In this document: one piece after another, positions 11,894-24,833 of the stretch
How the letters are laid out: every line of letters starts with the position of its first letter
How positions within the stretch are numbered: position 1 is the first letter of the stretch
NCBI GenBank assembly: GCA_964016885.1
Contig: OZ024760.1
Span: 9,424,001-9,488,000 of the forward strand
Origin: Eledone cirrhosa
Lineage: Eukaryota
DNA length: 64,000 bases
Direction: 5' to 3'
Position numbers and translations under genes: made by a program
The notes under the pieces: generated by a model
Databases searched by the model: none
Told to the model about the DNA's origin: nothing
The model's input: the letters and a program-made list of their open reading frames with translations, nothing else

Positions 11894-12196
11894 CTACACA
11901 ATCAAACAGGGATTTAAACTTAGTTCCAATACAAGGATGAAGCAAGTTTAATGTAACATTCTCAATATATTTCTTGTTCATTATAAACACCAGCAATAAG
12001 TATGTAGAAAGGTGTAGAATTGTTTGGTATGTATATATATATGTATATAAATAATTATATATAATATATATCTATAATATCTATATATAACAGATGAAAA
12101 TGTGAAGTTTGTAATTACAACTTGTCCCTCAGACTGAATGCTTTGCCAACTTTGGATATGAAATTTAAAAAAAAATTCACAATGCTATATATATAT

Positions 12197-12267
<71 letters not shown>

Positions 12268-12550
12268 GGTGTGTGTGGGTGATGTGTGTATATATATATA
12301 TTATATATATAGTATATATATGGTATATATTATATATATATACATATATAAACACATATATATATAAACACACACATATATATATATATATATGTATTTG
12401 TGTGTATGTGTATGTATGTGTGTGTGAGATTTTTTTGTCAGGAATGTTTATTAAAAAAAGTCACAACACCGTCACAACAACAACAACAACAACAACAACA
12501 ACAGATTACACAAACATTTATTACTAGATGGGGGACATACATATATATAC

Positions 12551-13105
12551 ATGGTGGCTGCCAACTCGTTTTCAAGTATGGCCACTACTTTACATCCATG
12601 TAGGAGAACCCCTACCGATGCGCTGAACGAGTGTGACTTTTTAGTCCAGCCAGCGACTTGAAAACTCTGGTACAAACACTACACTTGTGACAATTATTGA
12701 CACATAGTGCTGGGCCCATGGTACCATGTGACGACAAGTGCAGAGAGATCTCCAGATATAAAGCAATGCCTGTGCCGTGAAGCTTTTATAGTGAGCAAAG
12801 GTACTGCACAAAGCCAGTCCCACTCTCTTAACCAAGATGATATTTACCAAAAAGAAGAACAAGTCAACATCATTGGATACCATCAGGGTTGCAGGTGTTA
12901 TATCAGAGTTTTCCTTCTCCTAGAAATCTGCCTTGACAAAGGCTAAGGGGTCATCTCTCCCGGTGATTTTGGATGGCCATTGACTCTTACGAGCTCCTTT
13001 GCCCTTTGATAGGTTTTGTTTTTAGTCCTGCAGGATGTCCAAAGTCACCCTCCTCACCAAGAAACCTTGGTGGGGTTGCCCGTTTAGTCGCCAACGACCC
13101 GACCA
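12551..13105 (-). mobile_element. Non-autonomous RTE-derived retroposon (family C)
   Basis: Near-identical to 20217-20630 and 27003-27590. The 3' end is shared and the 5' ends vary. Confidence 0.8.
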
Positions 13106-13604
13106 TATATATATACACACACACATACAAACACACATATATGTACATACACATACAAACACACATATATATACACACACATACAAACACACATATATAT
13201 ACACACACATACAAACACACATATATATATATACACACACATACAAACACACATATATATGCACACACACATTCAAACACACATATATATACACACACAT
13301 AAAAACACACATATGTACACACACATACAAACATACATACACAGAAACATACATAGATACAAACATACATATATACACATATATACATGCATACATGGTA
13401 TGGCATGGACCTGTAACTCCTGAGGGTGGGTGTTGTAGGGCCACCATATTGGCATACAGCTTTTCTAGGGCATTTTTAAATGTGGCGGAGCCCATCTCCT
13501 CTCCAGGTCTGAATATAATCAGGGAGATTCAGTGTGTAACTGAGTCGGCAGAAACTATGGAAGCCTGTCAGATCACTGCTACCTGTTATTCAAAATGAAG
13601 TATC

Positions 13605-13742
13605 AATGTAAGAGGGACTACTTACTGACTAGTGTCTATAGAGTACTAATGTAAGAGGGACTACTCACTAGTATCCAGTACTAATGTAAGAGGGACTACT
13701 CACTAGTATCCAGTACTAATGTAAAAGGGACTACTCACTAGC
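13605..13742. repeat. 35-bp tandem repeat overlapping an exon donor
   Basis: gtactaatgtaagagggactactcactagtatcca, about 4 units. Confidence 0.88.
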
Positions 13743-13817
13743 AAGGTCATATCCAGTTTTCATTCGCTTCCGTAATTTGTGACGGAATTCCCAGTAAGTC
13801 AGCTGCCTCTCATTTTC
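13739..13817 (-). CDS. ANKFN1: ANKFN1/wake-like exon (ENERQLTYWEFRHKLRKRMKTGYDLA)
   Basis: ttttccag acceptor, A|gtgagt donor, 79 nt. Resembles ANKFN1 EKEKQLKAWEWRYRLYRRMKTGF. Confidence 0.93.
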
Positions 13818-14156
13818 CTGGAAAATTATAGAAATAAAAGCCATTAGGATGGTTGTGATGATTGTGGTGGATGTGTTGGTTGTGATGGTTGTGTTGGATG
13901 TGATGGTTGTGATGGTTGTGTTGGAGGTGATGGTTGTTTTGGTTGTGATGGTTGTGTTGGATGTGATGGTTGTGGTGGATGTGATGGTTGTGATGGTTGT
14001 TTTGGTTGTGTTGGCTGTGTTAGTTGTGATGATTGTGATGGTTTGATGGTTGTGATGGTTGTTTTGGTTGTGATGCCTGTGTGTGATGGCAATGCTACAT
14101 GGTAGTGAGACATGGGCAGTGACTGTAGAGGATATGTGAAGCGAGTAACTTTGATG

Positions 14157-14555
14157 TACGAGGGCAATCCCCAAAAGTAAGGTCTTCTTCCGATATTCCA
14201 ACTTTTCCGTTAAAATCCTGTGGATGGTGCTTCGGGAAACCTCAGGAACCAAAATGCAGAGAGCATCCAGAGTGATCTGCCGATCTTTACGCATGTTTTC
14301 CTCGGAAGGAGACCTTACTTTTGGGATTGCCCCCGTATATAATAACTGCGCGAAATTCGCACTTGGCGGTAGCGTTCAACGGGAGCTCCATTCTCAACGG
14401 CTGCCAAGCCAAGATTGAGCATCCAAGCGAAGCGCGCGCATGCTTGTTTTGGAGTGAAGGAAGCACCAATCACAACAGTGTTGTCAACAGCCGTACGAAC
14501 AGATTCTCTGCGTCCCCATCGCTTTGGAGACCTTACTTTTGGGATTACCCTCGTA
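14157..14555 (-). mobile_element. Mariner-derived MITE with three TIR copies and transposase fragments
   Basis: TA-CGAGGG(C/T)AATCCCAAAAGTAAGGTCT TIRs. Peptides MELPLNATAKCEFRAVI and MRKDRQITLD..VSRSTIHRILTEKLEYRK. Confidence 0.85.
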
Positions 14556-15171
14556 TTTCTAAGGCGGGTAAAATTCCCGAGATCCATGGATGAGTTCTCT
14601 CCAGCAGTCTCTGTCCCTCATTATCGCTGCCATGTCCTGCGTCTCCAATAGACCAGTGTCTGTCCTTAGAGCATCAACATACGTTAACCTTGGACTTCCT
14701 CTTCTAGTGTGTCCATGTAGGGGCTCCCAATATTAATGTGTGAGAACAGCAGAGTGTGGATGAATTGAAAGAGAAACTGACAAGAAGAGGAATCAGATGT
14801 AGTGAGCAAGAGAGAAGACTGCACTGGTATGGACATGTGATGTGTATGGATGATGATTGTTGGGTGAAGAAGTGCCAAGAAATCCCAGTAGAAGGAAGCT
14901 ACAGCAGAGGAAGACCTGAGTAGAAGTTGTGAGATCTAATCTAAAATCATTGAAGCCCACAGAGGGAATGATGAAGGACTATGGTCTGGCATCCTGTCCA
15001 GGGGGGAGTCTTGTACTCTCAGTCACTTCACTCCATGAAACCAAGATAAATACTGGTCTAACGAGCCTTCTGGCTTAAGACACACTTTATATCTACACAT
15101 ATATATATATAGACATACACATGTATGTATAGAAGTGCATACATCCATGTTCCTGTGTATAGTCTGTATAT

Positions 15172-15362
15172 ATAATTGTTTCTACTGTTGGCACAAGGCC
15201 AGCAATTACCCAGTGCATTACTGGTACTTTATTTAATCGACCCCGTAAGGATGAAAGGCAAAGTTAATCTCGGCGGGATTTGAACTCAGATCATAAAGAG
15301 CCGTAACTCTTTGCGTCAAAGCATGGCGTCCGACCCTCTACTGATACTGCCAATCTACCGCC
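15172..15362 (-). mobile_element. SINE family A
   Basis: Homology to 359-551. Confidence 0.85.
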
Positions 15363-15547
15363 TTATATATATATAATATTTTACAAGCACCAACTATTTT
15401 TCAACTGTGGAATGTATTCAGCAACATTTTCACAAAATTGTATAATTTATATTTTATAGTTTACTCTCAGTGAAAAATGTAAATTATTCAACTTTGATGC
15501 CAAAAATTATGAAAAACTTTCAATAAAATTTAGAATATTTATGTATA

Positions 15548-16397
15548 TCATCATCATCATCATCGTTTAACGTCCGTGTTCCACGCTTGCATGGGTTTGG
15601 ACGGGGGTTTTCCCACTTGAGGCAAGAGTGATTGTCTTGCTCGCATAGGACTGTCTGGCAGGTTTTCTACAGTTGGATGCCCTTCCTAACACCAACCACA
15701 TTTACAGTGTGGGTCTGGGAGGTTTTTACCGTGTTGCCTACACGGCCACATTACAGCGTGGACTGTGTGTTTTTTTTGTCGTGACACCTACACGATCTCA
15801 TTTGTTTCGGCCTGGATGGTGTGGCACCAACATAACTTTACATAGAAGGGGGGTGGTGTGGATGGGGTGGGGGTAGTGGGACGGGGTGTATTTTTGTTAG
15901 AGGTGCCTACTGACTGTAGTAGGTTTTACTTTGTATTTAGGTAAGGCGGGTCTTCTCTATTACTGAGTACCGCCAAAGGTCTCGGTCCAGTGACATTGTC
16001 TTGGTGAGGTGTAAGTGTGTGAAGTCGGAGTTTATCAGCTCGTCCCAGGTTTTTCTGGGTCTGCCTATTCCGTGGCTACCGTCTATCTTTATTGCCCTGC
16101 ACTTTGTTATACAGCTATCGTCCTTCATGCGCATCACGTGACCATACCAACGTAGCCTTCTCTCGAGTAAACAACATCTGATCCCTCTTATTTCTAATTT
16201 TTTCCTTAGTTCGTTTATGCTTTGTCGTTCACGTATATTACTATTACACATCCAGCGGAGCATGCAAGCTTCATTCCTCTCTAGTCTGCGTATATCCTCT
16301 GCACACAATGCCCAGGTCTCACTGCCATGCAGCATTGCTGTTCGTATGCAGGCATCGTATAACCTGCCTTTCATTTTTAGGGAGAACCCTTTAGCGG

Positions 16398-16400
<3 letters not shown>
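15548..16400 (-). mobile_element. 5'-truncated RTE LINE (second subfamily)
   Basis: [39 protein letters not shown]; (GAT)n tail; (TA)n flank. Confidence 0.9.
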
Positions 16401-16466
<66 letters not shown>

Positions 16467-16583
16467 TTATATATATATCTATATACATATATATTTCTAT
16501 CTATCTCTCTATATATATGTGTGTGTGTGTGTTTATATGTATATATGCATATATATGTGCATTTATGTGTATGTAAGTATACA

Positions 16584-16810
16584 TTCAAAATCCAAAATCC
16601 AGGGCCTTTTCATTCCCGATGGGGGAATCTCTTCCCTGGTTGGCCTGATTCCTATCTCTGGCTATACTGGGCCATGTGGGGCTGAAGTATTGGGTCAGGT
16701 CATTGTGCCATCCGGCCATTTGCCACTCTCTAGTTCTCTTCCTCTGCCTTGGTGTCCACTCTGTCACTAATAGTCCACCTCTTGTGTCTGAAACATGGTC
16801 TTAATTATGT
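16584..16810 (-). mobile_element. Degenerate RTE-type LINE 3' fragment
   Basis: [16 protein letters not shown]...W..IARDR.. Confidence 0.55.
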
Positions 16811-17026
16811 CTTAATTATGTCCTTCACACCAGTCAGGTGTTGTTCTTCCTGTCACATAAGGTGGTGCTGAGTACGATTCATCTGTGAGATGTGAGAAAA
16901 ACCACAAACCCTCCATCTCAACTCTGCTTTTGAAAAGCACAAGAACTGCGAAACCGGTAAAGGAACCAAATAAATATATAAAAAAAAAAAAAGACTCCAG
17001 TTGCATTTTCGATTTCACCTTTTTTT

Positions 17027-17098
<72 letters not shown>

Positions 17099-17102
<4 letters not shown>

Positions 17103-17410
17103 CATTGGCCTTGCAATCGAAAGGTTGTGAGTTCAATTCTCAGACCGGGTGATGTGTTGTTTCCTTGAGCAAGACACTTTATTTCACATTGCTCCAGTTT
17201 ACTCAGCTGTAGAAATGAGATGATAGGGACTGGGGTCCATATCATTCCACTGCAAAGTGGTCGTGGAGGTGGCATGGCAAAAAAGCACCCAGCACTCACT
17301 GTAAATGAGGTTGGTGTTAGGAATGGCATCCAGCTGTAGAAATCAAACCAGAATCAGTTCCCGTCCCACCCTTGCGAGCAAGGAAAAAGCGAACGTAAAA
17401 TGAAATGATG
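17099..17410 (+). mobile_element. tRNA-derived SINE family B with RTE-like tail
   Basis: GAGTTCAATTCTC box B. The tail ggtgttaggaa.ggcatccagctgtagaaa is shared with the RTE 3' UTR. Confidence 0.85.
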
Positions 17411-17433
17411 ATATATATATGTATATATATATA

Positions 17434-17487
<54 letters not shown>

Positions 17488-17554
17488 TGCCAACTCGTTT
17501 TCGAGTACGGCCACTACTTTATATCCATGTATATATATATATACATATATATAA

Positions 17555-17603
<49 letters not shown>

Positions 17604-17745
17604 GTATTAGTTATACTATTTATGGTTATGTAAAAAGTATTTTTTATACACACCCTAAATAGTGGTAGGCAGTAATGTATTGCTACCTTATTACCAGGAA
17701 GTTAAGTAGCTCAATGTAAAAACATCAGATGATTTACAGAGCAGT

Positions 17746-17803
<58 letters not shown>

Positions 17804-17867
17804 CATACATATACATATATATAAATATAGTATATATATGTATATATATATATATACATACATATAC

Positions 17868-17963
<96 letters not shown>

Positions 17964-18081
17964 AAATATAGTATACATATGTATATATATATATATATAC
18001 ATACATATACATATATATAAATATATATATATATACATACATATACATATATATAAATATAGTATATATATGTATAAATAA

Positions 18082-18148
<67 letters not shown>

Positions 18149-18552
18149 CAAGGTTAACGTATGTGGATGCCCTAAGGACAGACAGTGGTCTGTTGGAGAC
18201 GCAGGACATGGCAGTGATAATGAGGGACAGAGACCCCTGGAGAGAACTCGTCCATGGATCTCGGGAATGTTACCCACCCTAGATAGATATATATAAAAAT
18301 ATATATAAAAATATATATAAAAATATATATAAAAATATATATAAAAATATATATAAAAATATATATAAAAATATATATAAAAATATATATAAAAATATAT
18401 ATAAAAATATATATAAAAATATATATAAAAATATATATAAAAATATATATAAAAATATATATAAAAATATATATGTGTATAAAAATTAAACAAGTCAATA
18501 AAAAATACCTAAAGCAACAGGAATTTAGAAATACAAATTGTTTATTATTTTC

Positions 18553-19537
18553 AGTGGTAGTAGTAGTGGTGGTAGTAGTGGTAGTGGTAGTTGTGGTAGT
18601 AGTAGTGGTGATAGTGATAGTAGTAGTTGTGGTGGTAGTAGTGGTGATGGTAGTGGTAGTTGTGGTAGTAGTAGTGGTGATAGTGATAGTAGTAGTTGTG
18701 GTGGTAGTAGTGGTAGTGGTAGTTGTGGTAGTAGTAGTGGTAGTGATGATAGTAGTGGTAGTAGTAGTAGTGATAGTAGTAGTTGTGGTGGTAGTAGTGA
18801 TAGTAGTAGTTGTGGTGGTAGTAGTGGTGATTGTAGTGGTAGTGGTAGTTGTGGTAGTAGTAGTAGTGGTGATAGTAGTAGTAGTGATGATAGTAGTGGT
18901 AGTGGTAGTTGTGGTAGTAGTAGTGTTGATAGTGATAGTAGTAGTTGTGGTGGTAGTAGTGGTGATGGTAGTGGTAGTTGTGGTAGTAGTAGTAGTGGTG
19001 ATAGTAGTGGTAGTGGTAGTTGTGGTAGTGGTAGTGGTGATAGTAGTGGTAGTGATGATAGTGATAGTAGTAGTTGTGGTGGTAGTAGTGGTGATAGTAG
19101 TGGTAGTGGTAGTAGTGGTAGTAGTAGTAGTGATATAGTAGTGGTAGTGGTAGTTGTGGTAGTGGTGATAGTAGTGGTAGTGGTGATAGTGATAGTAGTA
19201 GTTGTGGTGGTAGTAGTGGTGATAGTAGTGGTAGTTGTGGTAGTAGTAGTGGTGATAGTGATAGTAGTAGTTGTGGTGGTAGTAGTGGTGATAGTAGTGG
19301 TAGTGGTAGTAGTAGTAGTGGTAGTAGTAGTAGTGGTGGTAGTAGTGGTGATAGTAGTAGTAGTGATGGTGGTAGTGGTGGTAGTAGTAGTAGTGATAGT
19401 AGTGGTAGTGGTGGCAGCTGTAGTTGTATTGGCAGTAGTTGGAGTAGTGTTAGTAGTATTTGTAGAAGTGGTGATAATACTACTAGTAGTAGTAGTAGTA
19501 GTAGTAATTGTAGTAGTAGTAGTGTGGTGGTGGGGTG

Positions 19538-19590
<53 letters not shown>
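18553..19590. repeat. (GTA/GTG)n cryptic trinucleotide tract abutting an exon donor
   Basis: Low-complexity tract; the ORFs here are artefacts. Confidence 0.95.
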
Positions 19591-19591
<1 letters not shown>

Positions 19592-19596
19592 CTGAC

Positions 19597-19733
19597 CTTC
19601 TGATGTAAAGATGAACTATTGTTGTTCCCTGCAGAAGAACCATTAAGGACTGCAGCTATGAAATCCACCATATTTCTCTCAGCTTCACCAACAAGATCGT
19701 CCAATGTCTTAGCACGACACTCTCCTTTCTCAA
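19597..19733 (-). CDS. ANKFN1: ANKFN1/wake-like exon (FEKGECRAKTLDDLVGEAERNMVDFIAAVLNGSSAGNNNSSSLHQK)
   Basis: gttgcag acceptor, AAG|gtcagt donor, 137 nt, phase 1 to 0, compatible with both neighbours. Confidence 0.88.
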
Positions 19734-19922
19734 CTGCAACATAATCACAATAGAAACATAAAAATCCAGTCACTGAGGAGGTCACAGAATGTGTGATGAA
19801 AGAGCTTTTACAATATATAAACAACCATCTGATTATCGAACCAACCAATCAGAAATTTATAATAAATTGAAGTGAAAACCAACAGGTGTGTTTTTATTGG
19901 CAGCATGACCCTCCCAAAGTAT

Positions 19923-20000
<78 letters not shown>

Positions 20001-20060
20001 CAAGACTCTGATACCATCAACACTATAAACACAGAGCTGGCATATCTAAGAACTGACTAA

Positions 20061-20114
20061 CTGCCTGATGAGGTCATAGCCATTCAATGGCTATCATCGA
20101 AATATATATAGCAG
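20061..20114 (+). ncRNA. Minimal type I hammerhead ribozyme motif
   Basis: ctgc-CTGATGA-stem II (atagccat/atggctat)-GAAA-tatata-TA-gcag, followed by AATAAA. Confidence 0.75.
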
Positions 20115-20156
20115 TAAATAAAGGATTATGAGTTCATGCAATTGACTTATGTTTCG

Positions 20157-20200
<44 letters not shown>

Positions 20201-20216
20201 TTGTATATATGTATGT

Positions 20217-20630
20217 CCGGGAGAGATGACCCCTTAGCCTTTGTCAAGGCACAATTCTAAGAGAAGGAAAACTCTGATATAACACCTGCAACCCTGATGG
20301 TATCCAATGATGTTGACTTGTTCTTCTTTTTGGTAAATATCATCTTGGTTAAGAGAGTGGGACTGGCTTTGTGCAGTGCCTTTGCTCACTATAAAAGCTT
20401 CACGGCACAGGCGTTGCTTTATATCTGGAGATCTCTCTGCACTTGTCGTAACATGGTACCATGGGCCCAGCACTATGTGTCAATAATTGTCACAAGTGTA
20501 GTGTTTGTACCAGAGTTTTCAAGTCGCTGGCTGGACTAAAAAGTCACACTCGTTCAGCGCATCGGTAGAGGTTCTCCTACATGGATATAAAGTAGTGGCC
20601 GTACTCGAAAACGAGTTGGCAGCCACCATG
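20217..20630 (+). mobile_element. Family C RTE-derived retroposon
   Basis: Reverse complement of the 12551 and 27003 copies. Ends with CSVCTRVFKSLAGLKSHTRSAHR* (20497-20568). Confidence 0.8.
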
Positions 20631-20999
20631 TATATATGTATGTTTGTATGTATGCATGCATAAATGTATATATATTAAGGAAGAAAAGATGGTTTTACAT
20701 TTTACACTTCAATTCTTTTGTCTTACATCACACCCATTATGCACATTTTAAAGTCATTAAAATGTCATTATGCTATTGAATGGGCCAAAACAAATAATGA
20801 GTTGGTCCTGGAGGAGATGAGATTAGAGAAGCAGATGGTAATGGCCATGTCACCAGGACCCAGAACATCTATAACAAGATAAGGAAGCAAAAGCTACAAT
20901 ACTTTTACCATGTCACCAGAGTCCACAACCTCTGTACCCACATCCCTGAGACACACATTGATGGCAGAAGATCCAGAGGAAGACCAAAGAGACATAAGA

Positions 21000-22589
21000 G
21001 AGTGTATATATGTGTATAATGTTACTTACATAAAGAGTTCTCCCAAGGACCATGTATGTGTATGTAAGAGAGTATGTGTGTGTATATAAGAGAATGTATA
21101 TTTGAAAGTGTATATATGTGTATATATGTGTATACACACACACACACACATATATATATATATGTTACTTACACAAAGAGTTCTCCTGTGCCCCATGTAT
21201 GTGTATATAAGAGAGTGTATATATGTATATATATGATGTTACTTACACAAAGAGTTCTCCTGGGCCCCATGTATGTGTATATAAGAGAGTGTATATATGT
21301 ATATATATGATGTTACTTACACAAAGAGTTCTCCTGGGCCCCATGTATGTGTATATAAGAGAGTGTATATATGTATATATATGATGTTACTTACACAAAG
21401 AGTTCTCCTGGGCCCCATGTATGTGTATATAAGAGAGTGTATATATGTATATATATGATGTTACTTACACAAAGAGTTCTCCTGGGCCCCATGTATGTGT
21501 ATATAAGAGAGTGTATATATGTATATATATGATGTTACTTACACAAAGAGTTCTCCTGGGCCCCATGTATGTGTATATAAGAGAGTGTATATATGTATAT
21601 ATATGATGTTACTTACACAAAGAGTTCTCCTGGGCCCCATGTATGTGTATATAAGAGAGTGTATATATGTATATATATATATATGATGTTACTTACACAA
21701 AGAGTTCTCCTGGGCCCCATGTATGTGTATATAAGAGAGTGTATATATGTATATATATGATGTTACTTACACAAAGAGTTCTCCTGGGCCCCATGTATGT
21801 GTATATAAGAGAGTGTATATATGTATATATATGATGTTACTTACACAAAGAGTTCTCCTGGGCCCCATGTATGTGTATATAAGAGAGTGTATATATGTAT
21901 ATATATATATATATGATGTTACTTACACAAAGAGTTCTCCTGGGCCCCATGTATGTGTATATAAGAGAGTGTATATATGTATATATATATATATATGATG
22001 TTACTTACACAAAGGATTCTCCTGTGCCCCATGTATGTGTATATAAGAGAGTGTATATATGTATATATATGATGTTACTTACACAAAGAGTTCTCCTGGG
22101 CCCCATGTATGTGTATATAAGAGAGTGTATATATGTATATATATGATGTTACTTACACAAAGAGTTCTCCTGGGCCCCATGTATGTGTATATAAGAGAGT
22201 GTATATATGTATATATATATATATATATATGATGTTACTTACACAAAGAGTTCTCCTGGGCCCCATGTATGTGTATATAAGAGAGTGTATATATGTATAT
22301 ATATATATATATATGATGTTACTTACACAAAGGATTCTCCTGTGCCCCATGTATGTGTATATAAGAGAGTGTATATATGTATATATATGATGTTACTTAC
22401 ACAAAGAGTTCTCCTGGGCCCCATGTATGTGTATATAAGAGAGTGTATATATGTATATATATATATATATATGATGTTACTTACACAAAGAGTTCTCCTG
22501 GGCCCCATGTATGTGTATATAAGAGAGTGTATATATGTATATATATATATATGATGTTACTTACACAAAGGATTCTCCTGGGCCCCATA
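21000..22589. repeat. 74-86-bp minisatellite (~19-20 units) containing the exon 3' end and splice donor
   Basis: gatgttacttacacaaagagttctcctgggccccatgtatgtgtatataagagagtg(ta)n units. Confidence 0.96.
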
Positions 22590-22668
22590 ACTCAATAACA
22601 ACTTTGCCATGGGAATATTATTGGTCATCACAGCAATATCTAACACTGTCAGCTGTTCATTGTTTACT
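22565..22668 (-). CDS. ANKFN1: ANKFN1/wake-like exon, ankyrin repeat (RVNNEQLTVLDIAVMTNNIPMAKLLLSYGAQENPL)
   Basis: ttctttctttag acceptor, T|gtaagt donor, 104 nt, phase 2 to 1. Matches the ANKFN1 LTPLDIAIMTNN..A..LL..GA motif. Confidence 0.93.
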
Positions 22669-23014
22669 CTAAAGAAAGAAAACACACTTTTGTAGATATA
22701 TACTAGCAGAAGTACCAGGCATTGCCTGGGTTGAAAAGAATAATGAAATTTCATTCAAAACTTGATATATTTTCTTAATACTTATTGTGATTAATGATTC
22801 TAACATTACTGACACAAATTCTGTCAACAATAATACAATTGAAATAGAAAACATAAAAGCAAATTATGATAAAAGTTCTTTGTATATAACATTATGAGTT
22901 TTCCCCAGTGGAGTATAAAAGAAAAGATTCTTTGGAACTTCCAACACGTGGGCATCCAACATACAATTGTCAATGAGAGAAGCAAGGCTCCTTTTATTGA
23001 AAGCCAATTATTGA

Positions 23015-23557
23015 TAATTGTTTCTACTTTAGGCACAAGGCCAGCAATTACCCAGTGCATTATTGGTACTTTATTTTATTGACCCCGTAAGGATGAAAGG
23101 CAAAGTCAACCTCGGCGGGATTTGAACTCAGATCGTAAAGGGACGTAACTATGCTGGAAAGCATGGCGTCCGACCTTCTACCGATACTGCCAATTAATAA
23201 TTGTTTCTACTTTTGGCACAAGGCCGGCAATTGCCCAGTGTATTACTGGTACTTTATTTTATCGACCCCGTAAGGATGAAAGGCAAAGTCAACCTCGGCG
23301 GGATTTGAACTCAGATCGTAAAGGGACGTAACTATGCTGCAAAGCATGGCGTCCAACCCTCTACCGATACTGCCAATCCACCGCCCTAACATGGCGTCCG
23401 ACCCTCTACCGATACTGCCAATCCACCGCCCTAGCATGGCGTCCGACCCTCTACCGATACTGCCAATCCACCGCCCTAACATGGCGTCCGACCCTCTACC
23501 GATACTGCCAATCCACCGCCCTAACATGGCGTCCGACCCTCTACCGATACTGCCAAA
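23015..23557 (-). mobile_element. Two tandem SINE A copies; the second has five 45-bp tandem copies of its head
   Basis: catggcgtcc(g/a)accctctaccgatactgccaa at 23345, 23390, 23435, 23480 and 23525. Confidence 0.85.
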
Positions 23558-23942
23558 TTGATAATGTCTGTCCTTGTGATTTTGTGATTCCAGAGAGTAC
23601 AGTAGCTTCTATAACATGAGGCATCATTTTCTTCACAATAACTTATTCCATTTCACAATTTTGGAGGATCTAAATGTCTTAGAAGCATGATAGGGGCTGT
23701 AACTTTTAAATGAAGCTTATGAGGAGGTAAACCTGGTGGTTCCAGCTGAAGTTAAAAACTCAACTGGATAATTCACGATTTCTGATTGATCAACCCAGTG
23801 TCAATAGATCTGTATGATTGGCAATGTCCAGGAAGACATATTATGAGATCAAAGTTTATTGCATTCACTGTTACATTTTTGGGGGCTAAAATTGCACCTT
23901 TGGAGCTATGGGCAATGACCAAATAGTAAAATATATACTAAC

Positions 23943-24021
23943 CTGTTTAAACCAAAACTATTATTTTTCAAGAGAATTTTGACTTGATCAAACTCCTGTT
24001 GTTCCACAGCCTCAAAAAGGG
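23943..24021 (-). CDS. ANKFN1: ANKFN1/wake-like exon, ankyrin region (ALFEAVEQQEFDQVKILLKNNSFGLN)
   Basis: ttttctttgcag acceptor, AG|gttagt donor, 79 nt. The peptide resembles vertebrate ANKFN1 'MFEAVEQQD..AVQILL' as recalled. Confidence 0.9.
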
Positions 24022-24182
24022 CTGCAAAGAAAACCATACAAAACCATAAATATACAATAACATATGGCACTATGGTAGTGTCACTTTTGGAATACATAAC
24101 ATACACACTGTTATATTCACTACATAGCTTTAGGTTTGATGTTAGTACACAGTCCCTGTTTGTCAGAAGAGATAGAGAGCAT

Positions 24183-24266
<84 letters not shown>

Positions 24267-24489
24267 AGGTGATGTGTACAGGGGGGGACAGGCTGGTCAG
24301 AAGAGATGAGTTGATTCCCTTACTGACGATCCAGATCTATCATTGAACTGCACCAATATTTGGTGAAATGTATTTGTGATTTGTGAAGGATCCATAGGGA
24401 AATATATATAATTTTTAACAATAATATTTAATTATAACTATAACATCTGGACATGCTCAAATTAGAGCATGTTTATATATATATATATA

Positions 24490-24820
24490 TTTCATTTCAT
24501 TTCATTTTATGTCCGCTTTTCCCTGCTTGCAAGGGTGGGACGGGAACTGATTCTGGCTTGATTTCTACAGCTGGATGCCCTTCCTAACACCAACCTCATT
24601 TACAGTGAGTGCTGGGTGCTTTTTTGCCGTGGCACCTCTACGACCACTTTGCAGTGGAATGATATGGACCCCAGTCCCTATCATCTCATTTCTACAGCTG
24701 AGTAAACTGGAGCAATGTGAAATAAGGTGTCTTGCTCAAGGAAACAACACATCACCCGGTCTGAGAATTGAACTCACAACCTTTCGATTGCAAGGCCAAT
24801 GCTCTAACCACTAAGCCATG
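24490..24820 (-). mobile_element. SINE family B
   Basis: Full head-core-tail, reverse orientation. Confidence 0.88.
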
Positions 24821-24833
24821 TATATGTGTGTGT

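Noticed and set aside
12641-12946. Repeated 79-80-aa ORFs as a small gene family
   Set aside because: They are incidental frames of the family C retroposon copies.
21000-22589. CRISPR-like regularly spaced repeats
   Set aside because: The 'spacers' are identical apart from TA number; eukaryotic minisatellite with no cas genes.
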